A stretch of 64,000 nucleotides of DNA, taken from NCBI GenBank assembly GCA_963765675.1, contig CAVXXK010000001.1:192001-256000 (forward strand), written 5' to 3'. A program made the translations under genes and the position numbers. Positions 1 to 9,644 of the stretch are shown here, piece by piece (positions within the stretch are counted from its first letter, which is position 1; each line of letters begins with the position of its first letter). The notes beneath the pieces were generated by a model, which ran no database searches, had not been told where the DNA came from, and saw only the letters and a list, made by a program, of their open reading frames with translations. This stretch comes from an uncultured delta proteobacterium. Lineage in GTDB: Bacteria; Desulfobacterota; Binatia; Binatales; Binataceae.

Positions 1-1
1 C

Positions 2-1473
2 AAGCTCTACGACACTTACGGCTTCCCGCTCGATCTGACCGAAGACGTTCTCCGCCCCGACGGTATCGGCGTCGATACCAACACCTTCGACCGCCTGATG
101 GACGAGCAGCGCGAACGCGCCCGCGCCGCGCGCAAGGAAGACGGCGGCGCACCCGAGCTTTCGATCGCGAAAGGCACCGCGTCGCGCTTCGTCGGACATG
201 ATCGCTACGACGCCGATTCCGAGATTCTTGCCGCGAGTGCAAACGGCGGCGAAAGCATCGCGATCGTCGTTGCCGAGACCCCTTTCTATCCAGAAGGCGG
301 CGGGCAGACCGGCGACCGCGGCGTGATCGAAACCGCATCCGGCGCGCTCGCCGAAATTATCGACACGCGCAAGGCCGAAGGCTCGATCGTCCACACCGGA
401 CGCCTGCTGCGCGGCGACGCGCGCGAATTCCAGCGCGGGGCGCACGTCACGCTCAAGGTCGATCGCGGACGGCGCGACGCCGCGATGCTCAATCATTCCG
501 CGACGCACATCCTGCACTACGCGCTGCGCGATATTCTCGGCGCGGGAGTGCATCAGGCGGGCTCTCGCGCGATATTCTCGGCACTGGTGTGCATCAGGCG
601 GGCTCGTTGGTCTCGCCGGAACGGCTGCGTTTCGATTTCGCGCATCAGGGGCCGGTCGGCGACGAGCGCCTGCTGACGATCGAAGAGGAGATCAACGCGC
701 GTATCCGCGAGAACGCCGCCGTCACGGTCGAAGAGATGGCCTACGACGATGCGATCAAGGCGGGAGCGCTCGCGTTCTTCGGCGACAAGTACGGCGACGT
801 CGTCCGCGTGGTGCGGATGGGCGATTTCTCGGTCGAGCTATGCGGCGGCACCCACGTCTCGCGCACCGGCGACGTCGGCTTCTTCAAGCTCGAAGCCGAG
901 TCGGGAGTCGCGGCGGGAGTGCGCCGCGTCGAGGCGGTGACGGGACAGGGCGCGCTCGAATCGATTCGGCGCCAGGAAAAAATTCTCGACGAGATCGCGG
1001 GCAAGCTCGGTGCGCGCGATTCCGCCGCGCTCGATCGCCTGGAAAAAATTCTCGCGCGCGAAAAAGAGCTCGAAAAAAAGCTCCGCGCGCTCGAACAGAA
1101 GCTCGCCTCCGGCGCTGGCGGCGCAGCCTCCGCAGAGGAAACCGTGCGCGAGGCCGGCGGCATCAAAATCGTCACCCGCCGCGCCGATGGCGTCGATCCG
1201 CGCGCGCTGCGCGAGATGGCGGATCGGATGCGCCAGAAATATCCGTCGTCGGTAATCGCGCTCGGCTCGGACACGGGAGACGGCAAGGTCGCGCTGCTGG
1301 TCGCGGTGACGCAGGACCTGACCGCGCGAGTGAAAGCCGGCGATATCATCAAGCAAATCGCGCCGATCATCGGCGGCACCGGCGGCGGTCGCCCCGACCT
1401 GGCGCAGGCCGGCGGCCGCGACGCAACCAAGCTCGACGAAGCCCTGGCAAAGGTCGCCGACCTGATTCGATAA
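2..1473 (+). CDS. alaS: Alanine--tRNA ligase, 3' part (5'-truncated by the window; frame broken by a 41-bp duplication at 526-605)
   Basis: KLYDTYGFPLDLT from base 2; TPFYPEGGGQTGD, NHSATHILH, ELCGGTHV and C-terminal DHHA1 GGGRPDLAQAGG motifs are split over ORFs 98..676 and 589..1473. Confidence 0.95.
526..605 (+). repeat. Tandem 39-bp direct repeat (period 41) inside alaS
   Basis: gcgcgatattctcggcgcgggagtgcatcaggcgggctc (526-564) vs gcgcgatattctcggcactggtgtgcatcaggcgggctc (567-605), 3 mismatches. Confidence 0.95.
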
Positions 1474-1500
1474 CCCATGAACTTCTTGCGCATCACCTTT

Positions 1501-1718
1501 TGTCATTCCCGCGCGTGGCTGCCGCGCGAGGAATCCCGAACGAAGGGCCACTGCATGTGGCTCCGCTCGGAGCATGGATGCCCGGGATTTCTCGCCTATG
1601 GCTCGAAATGACGAATGAGGATTCTGCTCATGTTACAACGCGTTAAGGCCGTCCGGAGTCTGCGATAATCAAGCACTGAGACCTCACTCGTCATTTCGAC
1701 CGCAGGGAGAAATCCCGG
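1501..1718. repeat. Cluster 1 of CGTC-type REP-like palindromes (1501-1538 fwd, 1582-1612 rev, 1690-1718 fwd)
   Basis: GTCATTYC...GA(G/A)AATCCCG units; 1501-1538 is identical to copies at 17811-17849 (rev) and 24905-24941. Confidence 0.85.
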
Positions 1719-1843
1719 ATGGCGGACCGCTGTACGCAGCGCGGCTCCGTGCATCGGAGCATCGCCACCCGCTCTCGGCCGATTCACATCGGCGCCGCGA
1801 TCGACTAGGATCAATCAACTGCCGCAATTGCGGCGCTAGAGGC

Positions 1844-2887
1844 TTGGCAATTTCAGAAGCAATTAATCGCGATTCGCACGCTCCCCACGATTCACTCGAT
1901 TCGCTCGAACTCCACTTCGACGACCCGCGCCTGTTCACCGATCTGCTCGGCCAGCACGATGCGCATCTGCGCACGCTCGAGTCCGCGCTCGGCGTGAGAA
2001 TCAGCGGCGCCGGAACCGCGCTCAAGATTTCCGGCCCGCATGCCGAACAGGCGCTCGCGGGCAAAGTCCTGGGCGAGCTCTACGATCTGCTCAAACGCGG
2101 CTACCCGATCTATCCGAGCGACGTCGAGTACGCCCTGCGAATCCTGCGCGGCGACCGCAACGCCGAGTTGAAGGATATCTTCCTCGACACGATCTACGTC
2201 TCGGCGCACAAGCGCGTCATCTCGCCCAAGTCGCTCAACCAGAAAGCGTATATCGACGCGATTCGCGCGCACGATATCGTGTTCGGAATCGGCCCCGCCG
2301 GTACCGGCAAGACTTACCTCGCGATGGCGATGGCGCTGGCGGCGCTGATGAAAAATCAGGTCACGCGGATGGTGCTGTGCCGGCCCGCGGTCGAAGCCGG
2401 AGAGAAGCTCGGCTTCCTGCCCGGCGACCTGGCCGAGAAAGTTAATCCCTACCTGCGCCCGCTCTACGACGCGCTGCACGACATGGTCGATTTCGACCGC
2501 GCGCGCCGGATGCTCGAGCGCGGCACGATCGAAGTCGCGCCGCTGGCCTTCATGCGCGGACGCACGCTCAACGATTCGTTCATCATCCTCGACGAAGCGC
2601 AGAACACCACCTCCGAGCAGATGAAGATGTTCCTGACCCGGATGGGCTACAACTCCAAGGCGGTGATCACCGGCGACGTGACGCAGATCGATCTGCCGAG
2701 CGGCAAGCTCTCGGGACTAAAGGAAGCGCGCACCGTGCTGGCCGACACCCCGGGAATCAAGTTTGTGCACTTCACCGACCGCGACGTGGTGCGCCATCGC
2801 CTGGTCTCCGCCGTGATCCTCGCCTACGAATCCTTCAACGCCGACGGCTCGACATCTCATCCGGGCGACGATCGATCGCGGAGCTAG
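1844..2887 (+). CDS. phoH: PhoH family protein (KH + ATPase)
   Basis: GPAGTGKTYLA, RPAVEAGEKLGFLPGD, APLAFMRGRT, LDEAQN motifs. Confidence 0.95.
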   Translation: MAISEAINRDSHAPHDSLDSLELHFDDPRLFTDLLGQHDAHLRTLESALGVRISGAGTALKISGPHAEQALAGKVLGELYDLLKRGYPIYPSDVEYALRILRGDRNAELKDIFLDTIYVSAHKRVISPKSLNQKAYIDAIRAHDIVFGIGPAGTGKTYLAMAMALAALMKNQVTRMVLCRPAVEAGEKLGFLPGDLAEKVNPYLRPLYDALHDMVDFDRARRMLERGTIEVAPLAFMRGRTLNDSFIILDEAQNTTSEQMKMFLTRMGYNSKAVITGDVTQIDLPSGKLSGLKEARTVLADTPGIKFVHFTDRDVVRHRLVSAVILAYESFNADGSTSHPGDDRSRS

Positions 2888-2894
2888 AGCTTAA

Positions 2895-3383
2895 GTGACG
2901 GTCGGGTTCCGAGCCGATACGGCGCGCGCCGGCCGTTATGCGAGTGCGATCCGATCCGATGCGGCGCGGACCTTGCGCGCGATGGGACTTTCGCGCTGCG
3001 AGCTGTCAGTCGCGATCGTCGATAACGACGCGATCCGCGCGCTCAACCGCGAGTACCGCGGCAAAGACCGGCCGACCGACGTGCTCTCGTTTTCGCAGCT
3101 CGAAGAGCCGGGCGCGCCGCCGCCCGATCCGGCCGCGCTGATCGACGATCCGGCGACGATCCTCGGCGACGTCGTGATCTCGCTCGATACTGCGCTGTCG
3201 CAGGCCCGTACTCAGGGCGTCACCGCGCGCGAGCGCCTGCGCACCCTGCTGATCCACGGCGTGCTGCATCTTATCGGCTACGACCACGAGCGCTCACCGA
3301 GCGACGCGCGGCGGATGTTCGCGCGCGAGCGCGAGATCGCGGCGGCGCTCGCGGCCTCGCGCCGTCGGAGCGCCCGGCGATGA
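2895..3383 (+). CDS. ybeY: rRNA maturation RNase YbeY
   Basis: LNREYRGKDRPTDVLSF, LGDVVIS, HGVLHLIGYDH; follows phoH. Confidence 0.95.
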   Translation: MTVGFRADTARAGRYASAIRSDAARTLRAMGLSRCELSVAIVDNDAIRALNREYRGKDRPTDVLSFSQLEEPGAPPPDPAALIDDPATILGDVVISLDTALSQARTQGVTARERLRTLLIHGVLHLIGYDHERSPSDARRMFAREREIAAALAASRRRSARR

Positions 3384-3928
3384 AGCGCGGCGCGCGCGAT
3401 CTGAAAACGGCCGCGATGCTGACGCATTTCACTCGCGCGTCGAAGGCTAGTGCCGCGATTGATAATCTGATCGCGATCCTCGAGCATCGGATGATTCGCG
3501 GCGGGCGGCGGATGGTGCGCGGCGGCGCGTCCGCGGTATGCCTGTTCGACGCCGCGCTGTCCGATCTGCGCGCGCTACTCGTGCGCAAGAATCGGCGGCG
3601 CTACGAGCCGTACGGAATCGCGATCGATCGCGGCTACGCCTTCGCCCACGGCGCGCGGCCTGTCATCTATCTGCCATGGCGCGAAGCAAAAGAGATCGTC
3701 GCGCCGCGAGAGTATTGGCGCGTCGTGAGTATCGAGCTCGACGGCAATCCTCCGGTCGATTGGACTCACGAGCGCGAATGGCGCGTGCCCGGTGACCTGC
3801 CGCTGGACCCGCGAACCTCGGCGGCGCTGGTTGAAAACTGGCACGACGTGGATACGATCTACGACCACTTCGGCGGCCGTCCGCCGTGCGCCGGAGTGAT
3901 ACCGCTCAGCGAATTGTTTGGCTCATGA
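3380..3928 (+). CDS. Hypothetical protein, AbiGi/DUF2971-like (putative ADP-ribosyltransferase fold)
   Basis: LTHFT, VCLFD, YGIAI, GARPVIY, DWTHEREWR motif order; ATGA overlaps with both ybeY and lnt. Confidence 0.55.
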   Translation: MKRGARDLKTAAMLTHFTRASKASAAIDNLIAILEHRMIRGGRRMVRGGASAVCLFDAALSDLRALLVRKNRRRYEPYGIAIDRGYAFAHGARPVIYLPWREAKEIVAPREYWRVVSIELDGNPPVDWTHEREWRVPGDLPLDPRTSAALVENWHDVDTIYDHFGGRPPCAGVIPLSELFGS

Positions 3929-5553
3929 TGTCATCGAACTTCCTCAATCGATTCGCTCTGTGCGTCGCAAGCGGTCTCGCGCTGGGCATGGCGTTTCCGA
4001 AATTCGATTTCGCGCTGCTCGCGTGGGTAGCCTTCGTGCCACTGTTCTACGCGATCGAGGGCGAGACGCTCGGCCGCGTCTTCGGATGGGCGTTCCTCGC
4101 CGGCTTCGCGAGCTTCGCAACCTCGATGTACTGGATCGTGGTGCCGCTGCACGACTTCGCCGCCGTGCGAATCGAGTTCGCGCTGCTGCCGATGCTGCTG
4201 CTTGCGGCGGTGATGGCGCTGTTCAGCGGCTTTGCGATCTGGATCGGTGCGGCGACCGCGCGCCGCCTGAGGATCTCGATCGCCGTCACGATGCCGATAG
4301 CGTGGGCCGCGGTCGAATTGCTGCGCACCTATTTTCCGATCGGCTTTCCGTGGAACCTGCTCGGCTACACCGCCTATCAGCATCTCGAGTTGATCCAGTT
4401 TGCCGAGTTTACCGGCGTGTACGGCATCTCGGCGTTGATCGTGTTCTTCAATGCCGTCGTCTATCTCGTGCTGCTGCGGCGCGGCGGCGCGCGCGCACAG
4501 GCGGTGAGCTTATCCGTGCTGACCGGGCTGATGATCGTGGTCCTCGGCTTCGGCGCGTGGCGGCTTGCCGATCTTCGCCATGAGCAACCCGCAGGAACGA
4601 TCCGCGCCGCGATGGTCCAGGCGGATATTCCGCAGTCGCTAAAGTGGGATCCGAATTTTCTCCCGCAGAGTTTCAAGATCTATCAGGATGAAACCACGGC
4701 GATCGCAAAACGCGGCGCCGATCTGATCGTGTGGCCCGAGGCGGCCGCCGCATTCTACTTTCAACCCGACGATCGCTATCCACCCGAGTTCGCCTCTGAC
4801 GACGCGTATCGCACCGCGCTGCTCGGTCTGGCGCGCTCGATCGGCGTTCCGATTCTGTTCGGCGCACCGGCGCTGGCCGAGCGCGATGGGCGCCTGGGAT
4901 TTTACAATCGCGCCTACCTGGTTTCTGCCAAAGGCGAGGTCGTCGCGCATTATGACAAGATGCAGCTCGTGCCGTTCGGCGAGTACGTGCCGTTTCGTCC
5001 GATCCTCGGATTTATCGTCCGCCGCGTCGTCCCCGGGCTCGATTCGATGTTCGCCGGAACCGAGCAGACGCTGTTCCCGCTCGGCAACGCGAAGCTCGGC
5101 GTATTGATTTGCTACGAGAGTATCTTTCCCGATCTGACCCGGCGCGAAGTCAAAGCCGGCGCCGACGTGCTGGTCAATATCACCAACGACGCGTGGTACG
5201 GAAAAAGCTCCGCGCCCTACCAGACGCTCGCGATGGCCGCGATGCGCTCGGCGGAGACCAAGGTGCCGATGATTCGCGCGGCGAACACGGGGATCACGGC
5301 GGTAATCAAGCCAAGCGGCGAGATCACCGAGCGCACTCCGATCTTCGAGCGCGGCACCGAAATCGGCCTCGTCGAGTGGCGCCCGGTCCGCACCTTCTAC
5401 ACAATCGTCGGCGACCTCTTCGCCGAACTCTGCTTCCTCCTGACCGCGCTCGCCCTCCTCGCCGCCTGGCTCTACCCGCGCAAGCTAAAACCGCTCGCCG
5501 CACTAGCCGAAACCCTCGCCACCCAAAACGGCCACTCCCGCGCCACCCATTAG
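3925..5553 (+). CDS. lnt: Apolipoprotein N-acyltransferase
   Basis: Multi-TM N-terminus, GFPWNLLGY, WPEAA, YDKMQLVPFGEY, LICYESIFP, TNDAWYG, RAANTG. Confidence 0.95.
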   Translation: MMSSNFLNRFALCVASGLALGMAFPKFDFALLAWVAFVPLFYAIEGETLGRVFGWAFLAGFASFATSMYWIVVPLHDFAAVRIEFALLPMLLLAAVMALFSGFAIWIGAATARRLRISIAVTMPIAWAAVELLRTYFPIGFPWNLLGYTAYQHLELIQFAEFTGVYGISALIVFFNAVVYLVLLRRGGARAQAVSLSVLTGLMIVVLGFGAWRLADLRHEQPAGTIRAAMVQADIPQSLKWDPNFLPQSFKIYQDETTAIAKRGADLIVWPEAAAAFYFQPDDRYPPEFASDDAYRTALLGLARSIGVPILFGAPALAERDGRLGFYNRAYLVSAKGEVVAHYDKMQLVPFGEYVPFRPILGFIVRRVVPGLDSMFAGTEQTLFPLGNAKLGVLICYESIFPDLTRREVKAGADVLVNITNDAWYGKSSAPYQTLAMAAMRSAETKVPMIRAANTGITAVIKPSGEITERTPIFERGTEIGLVEWRPVRTFYTIVGDLFAELCFLLTALALLAAWLYPRKLKPLAALAETLATQNGHSRATH

Positions 5554-5621
5554 AGTAAACAGATTGTGGCCATTACTACTATTGCCGATGGCTCTTGTGA
5601 GATAATTGGGATTGGGGTGCG

Positions 5622-7121
5622 ATGACAAAACGGGACGTTCTTAAGCAGACTTCCTTTGGCTCAACGATCGCCGAATACGAACGTACGGAGCTCAGTGCCT
5701 ACTTCGTGGAGACCGACCAGTGGCGGCGGATCCTCGCAGGTGAGGTGGATGTGGTATACGGCGCCAAGGGTTCGGGCAAGAGTGCGATTTACTCCCTGTT
5801 ATTGAGTCGGGCCAATGAGCTATTTGACCGTGGTATAATTGTGGTTGCCGCTGAACAACCACAAGGGGCGCCCGCATTTAAAGATTTGGTCGAAGACCCT
5901 CCCACATCCGAGGTCGAATTTCGGAATCTTTGGAAGCTTTACTTCTTGATATTGCTAGCTCAAAACGTCCGAGAATTCGATATATCACCGAAGATTTCCA
6001 AAGACGTGATTGTACGCTTGGAAGCCTCGGGCCTACTCGAAAGAAACTATTCCCTCAGCGGACTCGTAAGGTCCGCACTTGACTATGTTCGAAGTCTGAT
6101 CACGGCTCCCAAGAGCCTCGAGACTGGCATAAGGATAGACCCGGTGACCGGTCTCCCTGTTGAGGTGACGCCGAGGATCACCTTCAGAGAGCCGAGCGTA
6201 GAAGAGCGGCGCTCCGGAATCATCTCTGTCGATGACCTTTTGCAAATTCTCAATCAAGCCCTCGCTGAATCCGGATACCATGTCTGGTTGCTGCTAGATC
6301 GCTTGGACGTGGCCTTCGCTGAAGTCCCTGACCTAGAGAGGAACGCCTTGCGCGCACTTTTCCGCGTATATTCAGATCTACGCGCGTTCGAAGGGATTTC
6401 CCTTAAGATCTTCCTACGAACAGATCTTTGGCGCCGAATTCTTGACGAAGGTTTCAGGGAGGCCAGCCATATAGCTGCGCGGCAGGAAACCATTTCGTGG
6501 GATGAGCAGTCCCTCTTGAATCTGGTAATTCGACGGGCACTTCACAACGAAGCGCTTCGAACATATTTCGGAATCGCGGAGTCGGAGATTCTCGGAGACG
6601 CGACGAAGCAGGAAGAGCTTTTCTACCGAATCTTCCCAGATCAGGTGGACCGAGGCTCACGTCGCCCCGATACATTTCGGTGGATGCTCGACCGAACCTG
6701 CGATGCGACCGGGCAAACCGCGCCGCGCGAACTAATCCACCTGCTCACCACGGCGAGAAAAGAGCAGATGAAAAAGTTCGAGCTTGGATCCGAGGAAACT
6801 GACGGTGAGAACCTATTCTCTCGCTCGACACTCAAGGACGCATTACCGGAGGTTTCGCGGGTCCGGTTTGAGCAAACGCTTTGCGCGGAGTTTCCCGAGC
6901 TACGTCCACGCATGCAGCAACTCGAGGGTGAAAAGAGCGAGCAAACGCCCGAGAGTCTAGCCAAGATATGGCGCGTTACTGAAGACGAAGCAGCGCGGTT
7001 GGCTAGCCGAATGGTTGAGATAGGTTTCTTCCAAGCGCGAGGCACCAAAGAGGAGCCGCGATATTGGGTTCCGTTTCTTTACCGAGACGCATTGGACCTA
7101 GTGCAGGGCGCAGCCGATTAG
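5622..7121 (+). CDS. P-loop ATPase, Sll1717/FunZ-like family
   Basis: FGSTIAE N-terminal motif, Walker A GAKGSGKS, Walker B LLLDRLD, IFLRTDLW, PRELIHL; visibly lower GC than flanks. Confidence 0.75.
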   Translation: MTKRDVLKQTSFGSTIAEYERTELSAYFVETDQWRRILAGEVDVVYGAKGSGKSAIYSLLLSRANELFDRGIIVVAAEQPQGAPAFKDLVEDPPTSEVEFRNLWKLYFLILLAQNVREFDISPKISKDVIVRLEASGLLERNYSLSGLVRSALDYVRSLITAPKSLETGIRIDPVTGLPVEVTPRITFREPSVEERRSGIISVDDLLQILNQALAESGYHVWLLLDRLDVAFAEVPDLERNALRALFRVYSDLRAFEGISLKIFLRTDLWRRILDEGFREASHIAARQETISWDEQSLLNLVIRRALHNEALRTYFGIAESEILGDATKQEELFYRIFPDQVDRGSRRPDTFRWMLDRTCDATGQTAPRELIHLLTTARKEQMKKFELGSEETDGENLFSRSTLKDALPEVSRVRFEQTLCAEFPELRPRMQQLEGEKSEQTPESLAKIWRVTEDEAARLASRMVEIGFFQARGTKEEPRYWVPFLYRDALDLVQGAAD

Positions 7122-7226
7122 CAACAAAGGTATCCCACACACAGTTGCAACTAATCGTCCCGCGATCCGTTCTTCTGCAGTATCTTATGCCGCAGAACGA
7201 GATGCGTAACCGAAAGGAAAAGGAAA

Positions 7227-7553
7227 ATGCAGACCCTTGTGCAAGTGCATTGTTCTGGAAGAGGATCGCTGAGGGCAAATATCGGAAATGACACAAAACC
7301 TCTAAGCAAATTTGCGTTGCAGGTGGTCCGCCAGAAGAAACACGGGCGACGTTATGGATGGTCGAAGCTTAAGAGCACGTCAAACGCCGACGGCGCGGTC
7401 AATGCAGAGTGGGATGGGAAGACGAAAACACTTTCATGCCGGATCGTGACGCGCCTCGCGGGAGACCCGAGTGAGATAACCGGCGATTTCGTCGCCTATC
7501 TACTGAGTCGGTGGCGGACGAGAATCCAAGTTATCAACGTTTTTCCACCGTGA
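7227..7553 (+). CDS. Hypothetical basic protein (108 aa)
   Basis: Clean ORF with AGGA-type RBS (aaggaaaaggaaaATG); co-oriented with the ATPase. Confidence 0.7.
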   Translation: MQTLVQVHCSGRGSLRANIGNDTKPLSKFALQVVRQKKHGRRYGWSKLKSTSNADGAVNAEWDGKTKTLSCRIVTRLAGDPSEITGDFVAYLLSRWRTRIQVINVFPP

Positions 7554-7654
7554 GTGATTGTCGCGAGAGGTCATTAATTTATGTACCCTGATGTGGCAAT
7601 ATGTTTAGCGAGCTGGCTTTGAAGCCCAGTCACCGTTTGAGGCATAGTTGACCC

Positions 7655-8807
7655 ATGATCAGCGACATGCGACAAGAGCTCGCCGACTTCGAGGATCGCG
7701 CCGATAAGCTCGGGAGGCGTCTTTGACGTCCCCGGACTGAACGCCCGCCAGAACCAGCTTCTCGAACAATCCAGCAAACCCGATTTCTGGGATCGTCCCG
7801 ACGCCGCGCAGGCCGCGTTGCGCGAACAGGACCAGATTCGCGAGCGCCTCTCCGGCTTCGAGCGCCTGAAGAAGCGGCTCGAAGAAGCGCGTCTGTTCCT
7901 CGAGATGGCGGCCGAGGAAGCTCCCGCCGAAAGCGGCAAGGACGGCAAAGAAGACAGCGAAGCCGCGCGCGAGGCGGCCGCCGCGCTCGACTCCGCGCGC
8001 GAGGAGCTCAAGCAGCGCGAGTTCGAGGTGATGCTCGGAGGCGAGTTCGATCGTCTGGGCGCGATCGTCTCGATTCATCCCGGCGCCGGCGGAATGGAAG
8101 CGCAGGACTGGGCCGAGATGCTCTTGCGCCTCTATCTGCGATGGGCCGAGCGGCGCGGCTTCAAGACCGAGATCGCAGACCTCCAGCCCGGCGACGGCGC
8201 CGGAATCAAGAACGCCACCTTCGAGGTCGAGGGCGACTTCGCCTACGGCTACCTGCGCGCCGAGGCCGGAATTCATCGCCTGGTCCGCATCTCGCCGTAC
8301 GACGCGAACGCGCGACGGCATACCTCGTTCGCCTCGGTGTTCGTGTTCCCCGCGATCGACGACAAGATCGAGGTGACGATCAATCCCGCCGACTTGCGCA
8401 TCGACACCTATCGCGCCTCGGGCGCCGGCGGCCAGCACGTCAACAAGACCGACTCGGCGGTGCGGATGACGCATATCCCGAGCGGGATCGTCGTGACCTG
8501 CCAGAACGAGCGCTCGCAGCACAAGAACCGCGCGATGGCGATGAAGATTCTGCGCGCGCGGCTGTTCGAGCTCGAAGAGCGCAAGAAGCGCGAGGAGCTC
8601 GAGAAGTTCAGCAAGGACAAAAAAGAGATCGCGTGGGGCAGCCAGATCCGTTCCTACGTCCTGCAGCCCTACCGTATCGTCAAAGACCATCGCACGGGCG
8701 TCGAGATCGGCAACACCGACGCGGTCCTCGACGGCGCGATCGATCCATTTATCGAGGCGTACCTGATGGGCGTGCGCAAGGGCGACGCCGCCGCCGAGCC
8801 GAGTTAG
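7655..8807 (+). CDS. prfB: Peptide chain release factor 2, expressed via programmed +1 frameshift
   Basis: ATG 7655 gives a 23-codon ORF ending CTT TGA (7721-7726); the +1 frame continues into ORF 7818..8807 with [32 protein letters not shown]. Confidence 0.97.
7712..7727 (+). promoter_or_regulatory. prfB +1 ribosomal frameshift signal
   Basis: GGGAGG-cgt-CTT-TGA-C: internal SD 3 nt before the CTT TGA C slippery stop. Confidence 0.95.
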
Positions 8808-8904
8808 ACAGCAGTTGCGTTCGCGGCGCGGCGCGCGCAAAGTTGCATTACGAAACTGACGACGCGCTCGCTCCGGCGCGGCCGATTCCTGGAGGATAAT
8901 CCCC

Positions 8905-9624
8905 ATGCTCGATCTCTACTTCTGGCCCACGCCCAACGGCTACAAAATCACGATGCTGCTCGAGGAGCTCGCGCTCCCCTACGTCGTCGTGCCGGTCAAT
9001 ATCGGCAAGGGCGATCAGTTCGAGCCGGAATTTCTGAAAATCAGCCCCAACAACAAGATGCCCGCGCTGACGGATTCCGAGGGTCCCGGCGGCAAGCCGA
9101 TCTCAATCTTCGAATCCGGCGCGATCATGATTTATCTCGCCGAAAAGCACGGCAAGTTCATGCCCACCGAGCCGCGCGGCAGATACAACGTGCTGCAGTG
9201 GCTGATGTTCCAGATGGGCACGGTCGGCCCGATGCTCGGGCAGGCGCATCACTTCCGCCGCTATGCTCCCGAACAGATCAAGTACGCGATCGATCGCTAT
9301 ACCAACGAGGCCTCGCGCATCTACAACGTGATCGATCGGCGGCTCGCGGAGGGCGAGTACCTGGCCGGCGACTACTCGATCGCCGACATGGCGGTTTATC
9401 CGTGGCTGGTGCCGCACAAAATGCAGGGCCAGGAACTCGACACCTATCCCAATCTCAAGCGATGGTACGAGGCGATTCGCAACCGTCCCGCTACGCAGCG
9501 CGGCTTCGCGGTGATGGCCGACACGGTCGAGAAGATGCGCGCGGCGGCGCAGGAGCGGCAGAAACCGCACGACCAGGAATCGTGGAATAATCTCTTCGGC
9601 AACAAGCAGTTCGAAAAGCGCTGA
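8905..9624 (+). CDS. Glutathione S-transferase, YfcG/GstI-like
   Basis: WPTPNG, SPNNKMPAL, FESGAI, YSIADMA; GGAGG RBS. Confidence 0.9.
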   Translation: MLDLYFWPTPNGYKITMLLEELALPYVVVPVNIGKGDQFEPEFLKISPNNKMPALTDSEGPGGKPISIFESGAIMIYLAEKHGKFMPTEPRGRYNVLQWLMFQMGTVGPMLGQAHHFRRYAPEQIKYAIDRYTNEASRIYNVIDRRLAEGEYLAGDYSIADMAVYPWLVPHKMQGQELDTYPNLKRWYEAIRNRPATQRGFAVMADTVEKMRAAAQERQKPHDQESWNNLFGNKQFEKR

Positions 9625-9644
9625 GCGGATCCGCGCGCGGTTAC

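Noticed and set aside
7121-7226. Hairpin between the ATPase and the small ORF as an integron attC site
   Set aside because: No convincing RYYYAAC/GTTRRRY pair and no integron integrase
7659-8906. Long antisense ORF opposite prfB, and similar ones opposite nirB, yihY and alaS
   Set aside because: Shadow ORFs expected in high-GC coding DNA; no motifs
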